From the human T2T-CHM13v2.0 reference genome, Homo sapiens: 64,000 nt of DNA. This document shows, one piece after another, positions 41,078 through 55,322 of the stretch (positions are counted from its first letter, which is position 1; every line of letters starts with the position of its first letter). Made by a program: the position numbers and the translations under genes. The stretch lies in the NCBI RefSeq assembly GCF_009914755.1, contig NC_060936.1. One strand, given 5' to 3'. The notes below the pieces were generated by a model, which was not told the origin of the DNA, made no database searches, and worked only from the letters and a program-made list of their open reading frames with translations.

Positions 41078-44000
41078 TTAATGAGGCTGTTCTGATTGGG
41101 AGGGGAGAATACCAGGAGTTTAACCCACTGTGCCTCTCTCCCTTAGCCCTTCCTTTCCTTCACCCCCTCACCCTCACCCCTATCACAGGCAACCTTATGA
41201 CACTTAATCAGAGAATTCTAAGAATTTAGTTTGAAAACCATAAGCCTACATCAATTTTTCAATTTATGATTGTAACCCATAAATGTAATGACTTTGGACT
41301 AGCACAGTATTTTTTTTAATTTAATAGAAAAAATCAGAATGCAGTCCATTGTATTGTTGTGTACAACTCTTATTTCCATGGGGTATGTGTGTGTGTGTGT
41401 ACTGAATAAAGACAGAAAGTGTGTTTCTTGTTATCAGTCACAATGGAAACATCTACGTTTTTCCAACTCTAACATTCTCTGACTCTGTGACTTCTCTGAA
41501 TCATCTACTCTCTCTCTTAGGATCCTTATATATAGCAGCCCAAATTGCAATAGAGTTTTTGCTTTCTGCTAGAAAATCTTTATATTTTCACAAGGTATCA
41601 AAAAAACTGCTGGCTGGTCTGGAACTCGGAGTCCCATTAGGAGAATGCTTGTATACCCAGGTCTTGGGTGGAAGAACAAGAGAGGGCATAACTGAAAATC
41701 CCTCTGGGTGATTCTAATATATACTCCTCCTCTCCTCCCACTCACTCATCCACAAGACAAAGAGTGGAAACAAGCTGGCAATGCAAATAGTAAAATATAT
41801 TTGGGAGGAATCTAAATTACTAAGCCTCGTTTATTGAAAAGAATGCCCAGTGGTTCTTCTTAATTAGTGAATTTTTAGGCAGCAGAGTTCTAAAGTGGTA
41901 AAAAATGTCCTAGACATTTTTCATTTTCATGAATGCCAAAATAAATATGGTATTCTATATCATATTACCACCAGCTCAGGAAAGGACTACATTCTCATAA
42001 TTGGAAGAAAACTAGAATAGATCCATAGGGGAGAGGAAAAAGTTGGGTCTTCCTATCGCTGGAGCTTCATGAACTCCTTGAAACTGTACAAAATTGTGTT
42101 TGAATGTGTACATGTGCATTTTTCTAGGATAAAAGGTCAATAACTTTCAACAGCTTCTCAAAAGAATGTGATTGCTAAAAAAAGCTAAAAATCACTGGGT
42201 TAGAGGATCATGTTCATGACAAAGGCAATATGAACCACCGTCTCCAGGTGAAAAAATTTTGACTTTACCTTAATCAATAGAAGGCTTTGTTGCTTTTTTT
42301 CCTTTTGAAAGGGACTTAAAAAAAAGTGCACATCTGCTTTCACTGAGGATTCATCAATTCAAAGGCAGACAGCCTTAGATGACATACGGCCAGCACAGGG
42401 AGGCCTTGGCCATCGGTTACACCTGTACCGCCTGGCAGCGAGCCCCTGAATGGGCACCTATGACAACACCCTCCACAGATCATGCACAGACTTGATAGGG
42501 GTAGCACGGCACAGTGAGAGAGCAACAGAGCTACCTTTATGATGCAGGACTATTTGCTGACTATTTCACAGGGAAGGGACATAAAGTTCATACTAAGTAT
42601 TCCCTTCCCCCAGTTAAGGAAGTATGGATAGTGCATTTATTTTATTTCTTATACTTTACAGTAATGCTGAGACAAAAATGCCTCCATGGTGTAAAACTGA
42701 CATGCTAGGTTTTTTACTACTGAAAACGTCCAGTGCATCTAGAAATGGACCTCTCCGGAGTGTGGTCAAAGCTTTTTTTCCATCTCAAAGCATTTGATAA
42801 AAACAGTTTTCTACCACTTACTAGGAAAGATGTTCAATATATCACCTCCTATGGCCAGAAAAGAAGAAGGGTACATTTCAAGAAACAGAATTCAAAGGAA
42901 GGAAGGATATAAACAACTATTAGATACTGAGTGCCTTGAAGGTCTGTACTATGGTTTTTGTTTTGTTTTTTATTTTTAAGCATCTGATACAGAATTGCAT
43001 CTAATATGAAATCAAATAATCCTGTATTTGGAATAATGCAGATCTGAATCTTGGTTCCACAGCATCCTAGCTTATCCAACCTCTGAGAGTTTCACTTTCT
43101 TCATCTGTAAAATAAAATAATTTTATCCATTGCCTTGTGCAGGCACTGTGAACATTTTTTAAATCAAAAGATATAAAACTCCCAGCAAGTGTCACTGCTC
43201 AGTACATGTTGGTCCCTTGCCCCCATCTCTCACAGCCGCCTCACTCCTCACAGTGGACTTCTAAATCCCGATTTCCAGGAATGACAAAACTTTGGTCCTT
43301 CAGTAAAGTATCAGAAGGATACAGACAGGCAGTGGGGGGGTGGCAATTCCCCTCTAAGATATTCTATTTTTTTTTTAAATACTTTACAGTGTTTCAGGAG
43401 ACTCTTGACAAGTATTTCAAGCTTATTTCCATGCTTGCCCCAAAACAGGCAAGCAGGAGGAGGACTCAGGTATGGCCCGTACACTATGCCCAAAGGAAGG
43501 TAGTGGGAACCAGCCTGGCTCACATGAGAGGTGTGATCAGACTGGAGAAGCTTTTGAAGTCTGGTAGCTTATTTTTAGGCAAATGGTTGGCATAGGAGCC
43601 ATCATGAAGTAGCTGCTACACCTTTATGATGCACAGAAACTAGGTGCCCAGCAAGTATGAGTCTACCTAAGGGCAGTAGAGGGCTCATCGAAAGATGAGG
43701 CTTCAAGGATAGCTACAGGGATGGCTTGGGTCCTCATGGCGGAACTGGGGCACTGGACTTTAAGAAGAAGCCTGCTTCTCTAAACATGGGTCAGAGTGGA
43801 GAAGATATCAGTCAAGAGGCCTATTGGATGGATCAGGAACCCTGCAGGGTTTGTAGAGTGAAATATACATCAGGCAGTGAGAGGCGTTGAGCCCTGGGGA
43901 CTCTCAGGGCACAGTGATAGAATCCAGTAGTCATCACTGGAGAGTCACATCTGCATTCCGCACACCAGGGAGGGGAGATCATACTACCTCCCCTCTGGAA

Positions 44001-44259
44001 GTGAGAGAGGGGAAAGAAGGGCAAGCTTCATCCCTCCTACCTAGACCTGCAGAGTGGAGGGGGACAGGGCTATAGCTGGAGATTGAGGGGGAGGATAACA
44101 AGTGGGAGGCAGCGCTGCAAGGGGGAGGTAGAAGGAGAAGTCTCTCTTCCAGAGCACATTTTCACCAAGGGGGATCTTCTGTAGCCTTTTTATTGAAAGG
44201 TAACTAGTGGCCATGATGGAAAGCGTACAAAACGTACATCATAACACCAGCCAATCAGG

Positions 44260-44378
44260 AACGCTATGGATATGTGGGGACATGGGATATATGAGAAATC
44301 CTGTACTTACTTCTCTATTTTGCTGTGCAAAATAAAGCTCCTCTTTAAAGAAAGTCGATTTTTTAAAAAACAAAAACA
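44260..44378 (+). mobile_element. Old L1 (L1MC-like) extreme 3' end
   Basis: GGGATATATGAGAAATCCTGTACTT...ATTTTGCTGTG followed by an A-rich tail. Confidence 0.55.
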
Positions 44379-44753
44379 GTCAACAGACACTCTGGGCTCA
44401 TTTCCTCACTACCCTGGAGCAGTTCCCTCCCCAGACACCCTGCCCAGCCCCTTCCCTTGGGATCTGACCACATCTCCAGTTCAGGTTTCAACTACGCCCT
44501 GGTAGACAAAACACCCTAAGTACTAAAGTCTGTTCTTGCTTTCCAAAAAAGCATCAGCTGTTTCTTCCTAGGTGCACATCCACAAATTACAGAATGTCAG
44601 AAAGAGAGCTACCTCCAAAGTAATCAGGAGGAAACCATGAAGATTAAATTAGCTTACTTGGGATTTGAACCTATTTTTCTCACTGACACTTTTTACAAAC
44701 TAACATTTAGTTATATACCAACATTTAGTTATACACACACACACACACTTAGT

Positions 44754-45192
44754 TGTAATCGGGGCTCTCTCAACAGAACCAATTGCATATATATTTGAGA
44801 GTAGGATAGAGATATAAAGAGATTTATCATACAGAATTGGCTCATGTGATGATGGAGGCCGAGAAGTCCCAAGATCTGCAAGCAGCAAGCTGGAGACCCA
44901 GGAGAGCTGGTGGTGTAGTCCTAGTCCAAGAGCAAGTAAGACTGATGGCCTAGCTCAAACAGACAGACAGACAGAGTTGCCTCTTATGCAGCCTTTTTAT
45001 TCCATTCAGGTCTTTACTTGATTAGATGAGACCCACCCACTTTAGGGAATGCTATCTGCTTACTCAGTCTAGCAATTTAAAATGTTAATCTCATCCGGAA
45101 ACACCCTCACAGACACATACAGAGATAATGTTTTAGCACATGTCTGGGCACCCCATGGCCCAGTCAAGTTGATATATAAAGTTAACCATCAC
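44754..45192 (-). mobile_element. MLT2 solo LTR
   Basis: GAATTGGCTCATGTGATGATGGAGGCCGAGAAGTCCCAAGATCTGC; end CCCAGTCAAGTTGATATATAAAGTTAACCATCAC is the reverse complement of the MLT2 start. Confidence 0.88.
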
Positions 45193-45889
45193 CCAAGGGC
45201 TTGAATTGCACCTTAAAAAAAAAAATCCCCACTGCCATCATCTGATGTAGGTGACCATGAGTAGAAGAAAGGCAAAGTAATATCAGTGGTGGGTAGGCAA
45301 GCCAAACTGCAGACTTGATCATCCTCCCCAGGAATCCAAGAATTGCCCTATTTGTCAATGTATAAATATACTTTCGTTTTTTGGAGAAGGAAAAGAAAAT
45401 AACTGGAGTACAGGTTTGAAATGACTGGATTTTATTACTTTAATTTCTTTTGCTCTGTTCAAAAATTTTGTAGAAAATAAATCCCATAAACTTAACACAC
45501 CAACTATTCACAGCATTCCTTTTCTCTGCTGTACTTGGCCAAGATAGAGATCCACATTTTACAAAGGGTTCTGCTCTGTTTTGCTTAACCTTTTTAAGGT
45601 GCCTGGTGAGAGGCATGGACTTGGGGTCAGAGGCCAGGCTCTGAATCCAAACTCTGCCACTGTGTAGCCTTCAACAAATTGTTTTACCATGCCAAGCCTC
45701 CATTTTCCCCACTTGCAAAATCAGGAACAGCATGCATTTTCTCCTTTACAAGATTGCTGTGAGGATCAAATAAACTAAAGCATGTTGAAAGTATTCATAT
45801 ACTCTAAACCTTTATATAAATGTTGAACCACATACTTGTCATTTTATTAGTGACTCTGACTTCTGTCATAATAATGGGATCATGGTGTG

Positions 45890-46415
45890 TGTATTAGTTT
45901 CCTAATGCTGCTGTAACAAATTACCATCAACTTAGTGCCTTAAAACAACACAAAAGTATTAACTTACAGTTCTAAAGGTCAAAAGTCTAAAATGGTACCC
46001 CCTGGGCAAAAATAAAGCTGTTAACAGGCTATCATTTTTCTGGAGGCTTTAGGGGAGAATCAATTATCTTGCCTTTTTAACTTCTACAGGTTACCCACAT
46101 TCTTTAGCTTGTGGCACCATTTCTCCATCTTGCAAGCCAGCAATGTCAGGCCAAGTCCTTCTCACATTGCCATTTCTCTGGTTCTCTCTCTCTCTCTCTC
46201 TTCTGCTTTTATCTTCTACTTACAAGGACCCTTGTGATTACACTGGGCCCACCTGGGAAATCCTGGTTAATCTCCCCACCTCAACATCAGCTGATTAGGA
46301 CACCTTAATTCCATCTGCAACCTTAATTCCCCTTTGCCATGAAACCTGACATATTCACAGGTTCTCAGGATTAGGACATGAACATCTTTGGAGGGACATT
46401 ATTATGCCCTCCGTA
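45890..46415 (-). mobile_element. MLT1 (C/D-like) solo LTR
   Basis: TGTATTAGTTTCCTAATGCTGCTGTAACAAATTACCA...GATTAGGACATGAACATCTTTGGAGGG. Confidence 0.88.
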
Positions 46416-46579
46416 CTTTATTTACTCATCCCCCTCAACGTAAATTCAGTTTTTAAAATACTGCACCTCTACACATTTGTTATATCTACTTTCCCCGATG
46501 AGTTTGAAGTTAACAGAAAACCTAACGGCCATTTTTCCAGGTCTACTTTCCAGTCCAAAAGTATTCATTCCTATTAAAA

Positions 46580-47260
46580 AAAAAAAGCTATTTAGAAAAT
46601 TTTAAAATTCAATTAAAAAATTAAAGGAAGAAAAACATATATAATCCAAACACACGCAGCAATTGTCATATTTTGGCACATTTCCTCCAAGCATTTTTTT
46701 GCAGTTTTCTTTCACATAAGTGAGAGCATACCATCTATAAAAATGTTTATGCTGTTTAATACAATTGCATCAACATTTCAACTGTGCAAACCCTTTGTGA
46801 ACATAAATTTTTATGGCTGCATAATATTTCATTGCAGCAAGGTAACATAATTTACTTGGATGTTATTGTTAAGCATTTAGTTTCTTTAATCTTTTACTTA
46901 TTAAAGATAATAAATGTTAAGTATCTTTTATCATTCATATTTATTTACATTTATAGTTATATTCCTCTTAGGTGAGATTTTCAGAATTTATGGGCCAAAA
47001 GGAATGAATATATTTAAAGCTCTTGATAAATATTGTCAAAACACTTTCTTCAAATAATAGTCTATTTACACTCCTTCCAGCACTATGCTGGGTCAACACA
47101 CCCTGACCAACAGTAGGTATTCTCATTCTTCTTAATCTTGGCTAGTTGAAATGGACATCTCATTGTATATGTATCTCCTTTGATCATGTGTGAGTCTGAA
47201 CATTTTTTCATGTGTTTATTCAGCACTTATATTTCTCCATTTGTGTTTGGTCTACACATG
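46580..47260 (-). mobile_element. Old L1M fragment
   Basis: TTTTATGGCTGCATAATATTTCATTG, TTTACACTCCTTCCAGCA, CATTTTTTCATGTGTTTATT. Confidence 0.55.
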
Positions 47261-48656
47261 AAGGTCATTTATTCTTTCCCAACCTAGTTATGCTTGTGGG
47301 GGTTCATGGCAAGAATGCGTCACTTCAACAGTAACTTGGAAATTCTTTCTCTGTCCTTACTCTGCTTGAAGGATCTGAGCCCTAATCAGATTCTCTGAGG
47401 ACTACTATTGCCAGTTTTCCTCAGAACAGGCTTTCTTTACTGGTCTCAAGCTGCTCTGTGGGTTTCTGATGGTGTTTCTTCACTGTTCAGTTGTCAGGTC
47501 TGGCTTTAGCTGGCAAACCTTCCAAGAAATCCAGATTTTTCTCTCCTGCCTGCTACCTTCCCACCTCATTCTCATCTTCCTGTGTTCCTTCCAGCACCTT
47601 CCTAATGCCCTAATACCTGATATTCTAGTTCAGTTCCTGGAAAAAAACAAATCTTCAGTCACCCACCAGGGTAGGGAACAGGTAGCTGACCAGCTGAACC
47701 AGGTAGAAAACAGGAACAGGGGTCTCATTACTTCTTAGGTAAACATTCACCACTCCTCCTGGTTCAGTCTTACCCTTCACCTCCATTTCCATGGTATCTG
47801 GTGCCTCCGGTTCTAAGACTTGCCCTGGTTCTATGATGTGAACTGCCCATTTCTTTTAGTTATCCGCCTCTAGAGAAAGGTAGGTTTCAGTTATCCCTCA
47901 TCTGCTAAATTAGTTACAACATACCTACTTACTTTTCAAACTCTAAACTTTTATTGATAACTCTGATCTGCTCTTGTCGCCTCTTCTGTTCTCTTTGTCC
48001 TTATGGGCTTACACATTTTGTAATTCCTTTACTGACATTTTGACGGGGCTTGGGGAGCCTGTGCTCAATACACTGTGTATTTCTTTACTCTCTGCCCTGG
48101 AGACCGTGTTCTTTCTTACGTCGATCCTCAAAAATCCTCATTTTCTTATCTTTTTGCCCTCCAAAGCATCTTGTCTCTCTCTTCTTCATCCAATATTTCC
48201 AGAACAATGTCTTAAATAAGCTTAGGCTTTTACAAAAGATGAGAAGTAGCATGATTCCAAGCAGCGTCCACGTTATCCTGTCCCATCCCACTTCTACCTA
48301 CCCTACAACAATCACTGAAGTAAGACAACCCTGAGGGCCAGGCTGCCCATTGAAAGCAGGGGAGAAGGAAAATATTGGAGATCAATAAATGTAAGTTTAT
48401 ATTTAAGTATATAGACTTTATTTACTTACTGCCCATTTTCTATACACAATAAAATCTACAGAGCACCTGGTTGGACTGGAGTGTGTGGCTTCAGCTAGGC
48501 TTCTAATGCTGGCATTGCAAAAAGTCTCACTGCATTTCTTATATCCCAGAGTATGGTTAGTTTTATTTGCTAGGGATAGGACATGGCATCTTAATAAGAA
48601 AACCCTTCAGTTATAATTCACAGGTGATTTGTTCAGATCATAGTTAAGAGATATCA

Positions 48657-48981
48657 GGCCGGGAGTGGTGGCTCACACCTGTAATCCCAGCACTTTGGAA
48701 GGCTGAGGTAGGCGGATCACAAGGTCAGCAGTTCGAGACCAGCCTGGCAATATGGTGAAACCTGCCTAGCAATACGGTGAAACCCTGTCTCTACTAAAAA
48801 TACAAAAATTAGCTGGGCATGGTGGTGGGCGCCTGTCATCCCTGCTACTCAGGAGGCTGAAGCAGGAGAATTGCTTGAACCCAGGAGGCGGAAGTTGCAG
48901 TCAGCCGAGATCGCGCCACTGCACTCCAGCCTGGGAGACAGAGCGAGACGCCATCTCAAAAAAAAAAAAAAGAAAGAAAGA
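48657..48981 (+). mobile_element. Alu (AluSg-like) with an internal 22-bp tandem duplication
   Basis: Dimer; duplicated GCCT(G/A)GCAATA(T/C)GGTGAAACC; TSD-like AAGAGATATCA/AAGAAACATCA. Confidence 0.93.
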
Positions 48982-49372
48982 AACATCAAAGATACCCAAA
49001 ATCTACTTCCCGGACTGCGTGTCACTTACAGAGCACTCCAGTCCCACAACTATGCTGACCTCAATTATAAACCATTACTGGGTTTTTTTTTTTTCCAAAA
49101 TACTTTTCTTGATTATTGAGTTATTGTGTTTAAGGGTTAGAAGTAGGTGCCAAGAAACAAGATTACAACTAGTATCTTGACATTTCAGATAATTTAATCT
49201 CAAAAAGGGGATACTTAAACTGGTTTTCATGTTTCCAGATTAACTGTTGACATCAAGTCAGAGACATCTCAACTTTCTTAGAGGCTCCTACTCCCAGTGT
49301 TAACATAAACAACAATAAAATCACTCTGCTTGCAGAGTCTAAAATAACCTCAGCAGAGTTTTCATTCCAAAC

Positions 49373-49647
49373 TTTTTTTTTCTTTTGGAGACAGGGTCTT
49401 GCTCTGTTGCCCAGGCTGGAGTACAGTGGCATGATCATGGCTCGCTGAAGCCTTGACCTTCAGGTTCAAGTGATCTTTGTGCCTCAGCCTCCCAAGTAGC
49501 TGGGACCACAGTCACATGCCACCACATCCAGCTAATTTTTAATTTTTTTGTAGAGATGAGGCTTGTCTTAAATGTCTGGACTCATGTGATGTTCCCACTT
49601 TGACCTCTCAAAGTTCTGGGATTACAGGCATGAGTCACTGTGCCCAA
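49373..49647 (-). mobile_element. Alu (AluJ-like)
   Basis: Antisense dimer with a small internal deletion. Confidence 0.9.
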
Positions 49648-49938
49648 TCTATTCTAACCATTATAAGCCACATTGTGAGACATTGAATGCAATCAAGGAA
49701 TGTGCCCAAATAGTTCCCAAATATCCTACAAATTTACTTTAAAGAATAACATTTGGAGTTAAGGTCACATAAATCAGCTTAAAAATGACCAAAACTCTTT
49801 AATCTTGGAAGGAAGTAAATAACTGAAAAAAAAAAAAAAAACTATATATGGCATGATGGGAGATAAAGTCATATAAATGAAGGAAGGAAATCCTAAAACT
49901 CATGCATGTGTCAGAGAATCACATTAGAAAGTGTATTA

Positions 49939-50271
<333 letters not shown>

Positions 50272-51551
50272 GATTGCCTCCAACATTAGTCACAAGCACA
50301 AAATATAAATACAGTTCTTCCTTGTTCTTGTAACCTGATGGTTTCTCAGTCTACATAGTCACCTTTTCGGTCAAGTTTCAAAATTTAAAAAAATTCATTC
50401 AAGAGGAAAAGAAAGGACGTTGTTACTATCACCAGTACAGGCAATATGAACAACTTCATATAACTGTCATAACTTCTAAACTGAACATAATTTCTAAAGT
50501 CTAAACCTTAATGCTGTTCATAACTGTTTACGTAAATTGAGTCTGACTATATTTTAAAATACCTCCCTCACAATTCCACTTGCAAGTAGTAAAAATAAAT
50601 CTCACTAGCATCTGAGTTTCTCACCATGGCTCCATCTGTTTCCTCCAACATAGACCTGTTTTCTTCCCATCCAACCTCAGAAGCTGATCCCCAAACCACC
50701 TCTTGCAGAATGGGATACAAGTTTAAAAGCTGGTATTATTTTCATCCTTTTTCTTATAAAACTTATAAAATAGATATGCTAAGGCTAGTGGTGAACCCCT
50801 CCATCTGGGTACCAAGCTGTTTCCTTCTATTTTATTTGAATGGAATAATGTAAAACTGCATGATCTCTAAAGTTCTTTAAAGCTGAGAAATCGAATATAT
50901 CTATGATATCACTTATCATGAACAGATTTAAGTAGAGTTGGTAGGTATGTATCTCCTAGCCATCAAAATTATCTGACATCTCACCTTAAATCTTAAACAT
51001 CCTAATTGATCTAGTATCTAGAAAGCAAGGTGATTGGTTAGGTCAGGGCATGGGGCTGAGTTTACCAGTGGCTCTCCATCACTGTGTAATAGCTCAGTGA
51101 AAAAATATTAGCTCCGTTATTAATGATGATTGTTAAAGTGTCCCTTGATAAAAACAAGCTGCTGGCAAGGTCTATACAACCAGCAGTAGGAACCCTTGCT
51201 CTCAAGTTTGTGAATCAGCAATACAGTAGGTGTGCCTGCCTACTGCCTCCCAAAATGCACATTAAGAAGAGAAAGGAAGAGGAGAAAAAGAGATTTCCAT
51301 TTAGCTTTTACCTCTAAAAGCACTGTCAGCTTTGAAGGACTAAGCGATGGCAGAGGAGTTTGTTGTGCACCAAGGCGTGCATCTCAGACAAGGCCATTGA
51401 TGGTTCCCTCACCTCCAGGCAGGAACAATTCCCTGAGGATGAGGAAGATTAAGTTCATACACATGCACACACACATGCACACACACACGTATAGCACTCC
51501 ACAATGTGGGAAAAGATTTCTCTGATGTGAGGAGGAAAAAGGTTATTTTCT

Positions 51552-51943
51552 TTTTTTTTTATTATACTTTAAGTTTCAGGGTACATGTGCACAACATGCA
51601 GGTTTGTTACATATGTATACATGTGCCATGTTGGTGTGCTGCACCCATTAACTCGTCATTTAACATTAGGTATATCTCCTCATGCTATCCCTTCCCCCTC
51701 CCCCCACCCCACAACAGTCCCCGGTGTGTGACGTTCCCCTTCCTGTGTCCATGTGTTCTCATTGTTCAATTCCCACCTATGAGTGAGAACATGCGGTGTT
51801 TGGTTTTTTGTCCTTGCAATAGTTTGCTGAGAATGATGGTTTCCAGCTTCATCCATGTCCCTACAAAGGACATGAACTCATCATTTTTTATGGCTGCATA
51901 GTATTCCATGGTGTATATGTGCCATATTTTCTTAATCCAGTCT
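51552..51943 (-). mobile_element. 5'-truncated primate L1PA (3' UTR plus ORF2 end)
   Basis: TTATTATACTTTAAGTTTCAGGGTACATGTGCACAAC...; pre-L1HS GAG diagnostic (AACTCGTC); TSD AAAAG(G/A)TTATTTTCT. Confidence 0.95.
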
Positions 51944-53100
51944 GAAAAGATTATTTTCTCATTGCCACGTTCCCTCTGCTTGGGAATTTCTAGTAATTAC
52001 AGGTAGTGACAATGAAAATTATTTTGTCTTGATAATTCATTAAATAAATATTTATTGAGTGCTATTATATGCTAATAATCTTAACATTCTCCTGAAAAAT
52101 GTTTCTTTCTTAAAAATAATAAAAGAAAATTATGTCATACCTTCTGCAAATATGTCTTCCACTCAAAGAACATATGCAGTACTAACAAAGTGTCTTATTT
52201 CAGCATCCAAGCTTGTCTCTCAGAAATGGCCAAGTGATATAACAGGTTCTGCTTCTAAGCCACGAGATGATTTATAATACCAACTAGTTATACCTCTTTA
52301 GGACATTATAGCTACTATAAAAACAGATACTTCTATAATATCTCAGGTGATGGCTAAGTCAAGAAACAATCCGTTGTATCTTAGCATAGTTGTGAGGGAA
52401 AGTTCTTCCATCTCTATATTAAAATAGTTAGTGTTTCCCACAATTTCTCTACATTGTTGCTAGTGTTGCCTTTTGAGGCTATGGAATGTTCAAGGCTTCC
52501 ATTATTGGAACCAGAATTACAGTTGGCATTTACTGGGTGTTTACTAGGTATAGTGCCCTGTGCTAAATTCTTTGCAGACGTTATGTTATCTCCCCCTGTA
52601 AACACAGACCCGCACCATCCCCTTTTCCAGGCAAAATAAACCAAGATCTTCCAGCTGTTCTTTGTGTGATTGTTTCCAGACCTTTCAACATTCTGATCAC
52701 CCTCCCTGGTCAGCTCCACTTTGTCAATGCTCCCGTTAAAATGTGGCATCCCTATCTAGTCACGATCATCCAGATGTAAGTTAATTGATTCCAAATACAG
52801 AAGAACTATTATTTCCTTGGACTGGACAGGGTATTCCTCTCAGTCTGGCCTAAGAAGAAAGGATCTTTGTTTGTTTTGGGGGTGTTTTATGGCAAATCAC
52901 ATGACTTGCTCATGTTGCCCTTGCTGTCAGTGAAAACCCTGAGTCCTTTCTGCATATAAACTGATTAAGCCAAATCTCTACCATCCTGTGCAGCTAATTT
53001 TTAATGTAAGGAAAATGTTCACTTTGTATTTATTCCTCCCTATTAAATTTACTGTTTTCCATTCGCAGCTGCTTCAAAGCTATAAAGATATTTTGAGGTC

Positions 53101-53414
53101 TTATTTATTTATTTTTGCTTTGTTTTGCTTTGTTTGAGATGGGGTCTTGCTGTGTCACCAAGGCCAAGGTGCAGTGGCACAACCATGGCTCACTGTAGCC
53201 TTGACCTCCCAGGCTCAAAAAATTCTCCCATGTCAGCTTCCCTAGTAGCTGAGACTACAGGGATGTGCCACTACACCTGACTAATTTTTGTCTTTTTAGT
53301 AGAGACAGGTTTTTGCCATGTTACCCAGGCTGGTCTTGAACTCCTGGTCTCAAGCGATCCTCCCACCTCAGCCGCTAAAAGTGGAATTACAGGTGTGAAC
53401 CACAGTGCCCAGCC
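53101..53414 (-). mobile_element. Alu (AluJ-like) inserted in the tail of an Alu monomer
   Basis: Antisense dimer; CTTATTTATTTATTTTT on both sides. Confidence 0.9.
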
Positions 53415-53552
53415 CTTATTTATTTATTTTTTTTAAGAGACATAGTCTCGCTTTGTTGCCCAGCCTGGACTCAAACTCCATGGTTCAAGTGATCCTCCCA
53501 CCTTGGCCTCCCAAATAGCTAGGACTACAGGCACAAGCCACCATACCTGGCC
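53415..53552 (-). mobile_element. Alu left monomer (FLAM-like)
   Basis: Single monomer ending CCTGGCC. Confidence 0.85.
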
Positions 53553-54091
53553 TTTTCAGATCTCATTTTGTCACTCAACACATTAACTCTCTTTATAGCA
53601 TCTCAAAATGAAGTAAGCATGTCTTCATCTAAGCAGATAATTTAAGAAGTTGAACAGACCCATGCAGCATGCCAGCTAAAGCTTTGCCACCTAGTTCATT
53701 AGTGGGAGATCCTGAGATACAAGCCTTCAACCAGTTAGGGAATCTACCTAATTATTTTATCTTCTTGACCCTTTTCTTCATCTTGTTCTCAGTGATACCC
53801 AGAAACTTCATCATCTGTTTTGTTAGAATCATGATGCATTCCTTCAACCTACCAGTTTGGTAACGTGAACAAAAAGAATGGCTGTTTTAAGTTGCTCTTG
53901 GTGAAGTCCTATTGGTTGCTGGTAACTGCAACTTTCTTTCTTCACCTAACAAATAAACTATCTCAAAATTCACTACAGAATCTTGCCAAAGATCAATATA
54001 TTTTAGTTTTTTTCTCCTGGAATTCATGTTCTTTCTTGCCTCTACCAATACATACTATATAAATACTTTCTAAATATTGGGACACTATTTG

Positions 54092-54165
54092 CCTCCTCCT
54101 CCTCCTCCTCCTCCTCCTCCTCCTCCTCCTCCTCTTCTTCTTTTTCCTTCTTCCTTCTTCTTCTT
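54092..54165. repeat. (CCT)n/(CTT)n microsatellite in an Alu tail
   Basis: About 14 CCT units followed by CTT units. Confidence 0.95.
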
Positions 54166-54169
54166 TTTC

Positions 54170-54472
54170 ATTTTTTTTTTTTGAAACAAAGTCTCACTCT
54201 GTTGCCCAGGCTGCCAGGCTGGAGTGCAGTGGCATGCTCTCGGTTCACTGCAAACTCCACCTCCTGGATTCAAGCGATTCTCATGCCTCAGCCTCTGGAG
54301 TAGCTGAGACTACAGGTGTGCACTACCACACCCAGCTAATTTTTGTATTTTTTAGTAGAGATAGGGTTTCACCATGTTGGCCAGGCTGGTCTCAAACTCC
54401 TGGCCTCAAGTAATCTGCCCTCCTTGGCCTCCCAAAGTACTAGGGTTACACTTACGAGCCACCCTGCCTGGC
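54170..54472 (-). mobile_element. Alu (AluS-like)
   Basis: Antisense dimer; small duplication GCCCAGGCTGCCAGGCTG. Confidence 0.92.
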
Positions 54473-54933
54473 TTCATCTTCATTCTTAATGCCTCTCTTT
54501 CAATCCTCAAGATTATTGACATTGAGACTGGATTCTTCTTTGCAGTCAAGTATGCTGGAATGAAATCCAACTTTTATTCCTGAAGTCATTTAAAGCAGGC
54601 AGGTACTTTTTCCCATCCCTTTACCTCCAGAGAAGTCTTTCTTAATATTATTTTATCTAACATTTCTAATGTGACTGTAAGTATCAACTACAGGAGGCAA
54701 GTGGGTCAATTATTTTTATCCTCCTTTCTTTAGAAATCACTGGGACACAGATTAATTGAGCAGTTAAGGAGTGGCAAAGTTAGAACTGAACCCAGTTGTC
54801 TTACCTCCAAATCCAGCACTTCCTAAACTACGTTTGTTGTCTCCTTTTCTTAACTTCCAGGAAAAAATGTTGCTTGTGTAAGTGAATCTGTATGCTCTGT
54901 GCTTCCAAAAATTAAAAATTAAAAATAAAACCT

Positions 54934-55245
54934 GGCCAGGCGCAGTGGCTCACTCCTGTAATCCCGGCACTTTGGGAGGCTAGGCAGGTGGATCGCTTGA
55001 GGTCAGGAGCTTGAGACCAACCTGGCCAACATTATAAAACCCCGTCTCTACTAAAAATACAAAACAAAATTAGCCAGCCGTGGTAGCGCACGTCTGTAAT
55101 CCCAGCTACTCGAGAGGCTAAGGCAGGAGAATTGCTTTAATTGGGCAAACCTGGGAGGCGGAGGTTGCAGTGAACCGAGATTGCGCCACTGCACTCTAGC
55201 CTGGGTGAAAGGAGACTCCATCTCTAGGTAAATAAATAAATAAAT
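54934..55245 (+). mobile_element. Alu (AluS-like)
   Basis: Dimer with (TAAA)n tail. Confidence 0.92.
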
Positions 55246-55322
55246 GCGATATAATCTTATGTTTATTCCTCTTTGTTTTTTATTGCCAGAATTCCTGGAT
55301 CCAAACACTGGTGCCTCAGCTC

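Noticed and set aside
44702-44755. 18-bp period duplication AACATTTAGTTATA next to (CA)n
   Set aside because: Local slippage at an LTR edge; no sign of function.
51506-51901. 131-aa ORF
   Set aside because: Antisense reading of an L1PA 3' end.
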